Assembly (NCBI GenBank): GCA_009914755.4
Contig: CP086569.2
Location: 55,904,001 to 55,968,000 of the forward strand
Length of the DNA: 64,000 bases
Direction: 5' to 3'
Origin: the human T2T-CHM13v2.0 reference genome, Homo sapiens
Positions 63,925-64,000 of this stretch are shown here, in pieces. A program made the position numbers and the translations under genes. Below the pieces are notes generated by a model. It had not been told where the DNA came from and did not search any database. It saw only the letters and a list, made by a program, of their open reading frames with translations. The number at the start of each line of letters is the position of its first letter. Positions within the stretch are counted from its first letter, which is position 1.

Positions 63925-64000
63925 TTTTTTTTTAGACAGAGTCTTGTCCTGTTGCACAGGGTGGAGTACAATGGCGCCATCTTTGCTCACTGCAACATCT
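63925..64000. repeat. DYZ2-like unit 5, start only (truncated by the window end)
   Basis: Poly-T plus 'agacagagtcttgtcctgttgcacagggtggagtacaatggcgccatctttgctcactgcaacatct' restarts at 63925. Confidence 0.8.
63925..64000 (-). mobile_element. Alu copy within DYZ2-like unit 5 (3' end only; window truncated)
   Basis: Poly-T plus the Alu 3' region restarts. Confidence 0.75.

Overview
This window is human-type constitutive heterochromatin. It contains no protein-coding genes, no RNA genes and no prokaryotic-style system. It holds two tandem satellite arrays that meet at a sharp junction at position 53494/53495.

(1) Positions 1-53494 are Human Satellite III (HSat3), a (GGAAT)n pentamer satellite with GGAAT-like variants such as CGAAT, GCAAT and GGACT. 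The GGAAT strand is on + for the whole array. The array is organised as a higher-order repeat (HOR) of about 3.55 kb. Copy lengths range from 3524 to 3574 bp. There are about 15 full copies, one copy with a 1.7-kb internal deletion, and a final copy truncated at the junction. One GGCC (HaeIII) site recurs once per copy. A 3.56-kb HaeIII-defined HSat3 HOR is the classical definition of DYZ1 on Yq12.

(2) Positions 53495-64000 are a different satellite with a strict 2420-bp period. Each unit contains an old, CpG-decayed Alu on the minus strand (about 298 bp), a low-repeat segment of about 567 bp, and a very AT-rich segment of about 1.55 kb. This matches DYZ2 / HSat1B. The combination of DYZ1 next to DYZ2 points strongly to the Y-chromosome long-arm heterochromatin (Yq12).

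Every ORF in the supplied six-frame track inside the HSat3 block is a translation artefact of the pentamer. GGA-ATG-GAA-TGG-AAT reads G-M-E-W-N on the + strand, and ATTCC reads I-P-F-H-S on the - strand. The 61-aa ORF repeated in DYZ2 is conserved only because the repeat units are near-identical.

The features worth a second look are structural:
- the exact DYZ1/DYZ2 junction and its microhomology;
- a deletion-bearing HOR copy whose breakpoints lie in pure (GGAAT)n tracts;
- a multi-kb block of the array duplicated 17,795 bp away (exactly 5 HOR copies);
- sets of private variants shared by distant copies;
- a DYZ2 edge unit carrying a 790-bp internal deletion;
- an edge-to-interior divergence gradient in DYZ2.

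I cannot run searches here. The chromosome assignment rests on period, composition and the Alu-plus-AT-rich architecture, not on a database hit.
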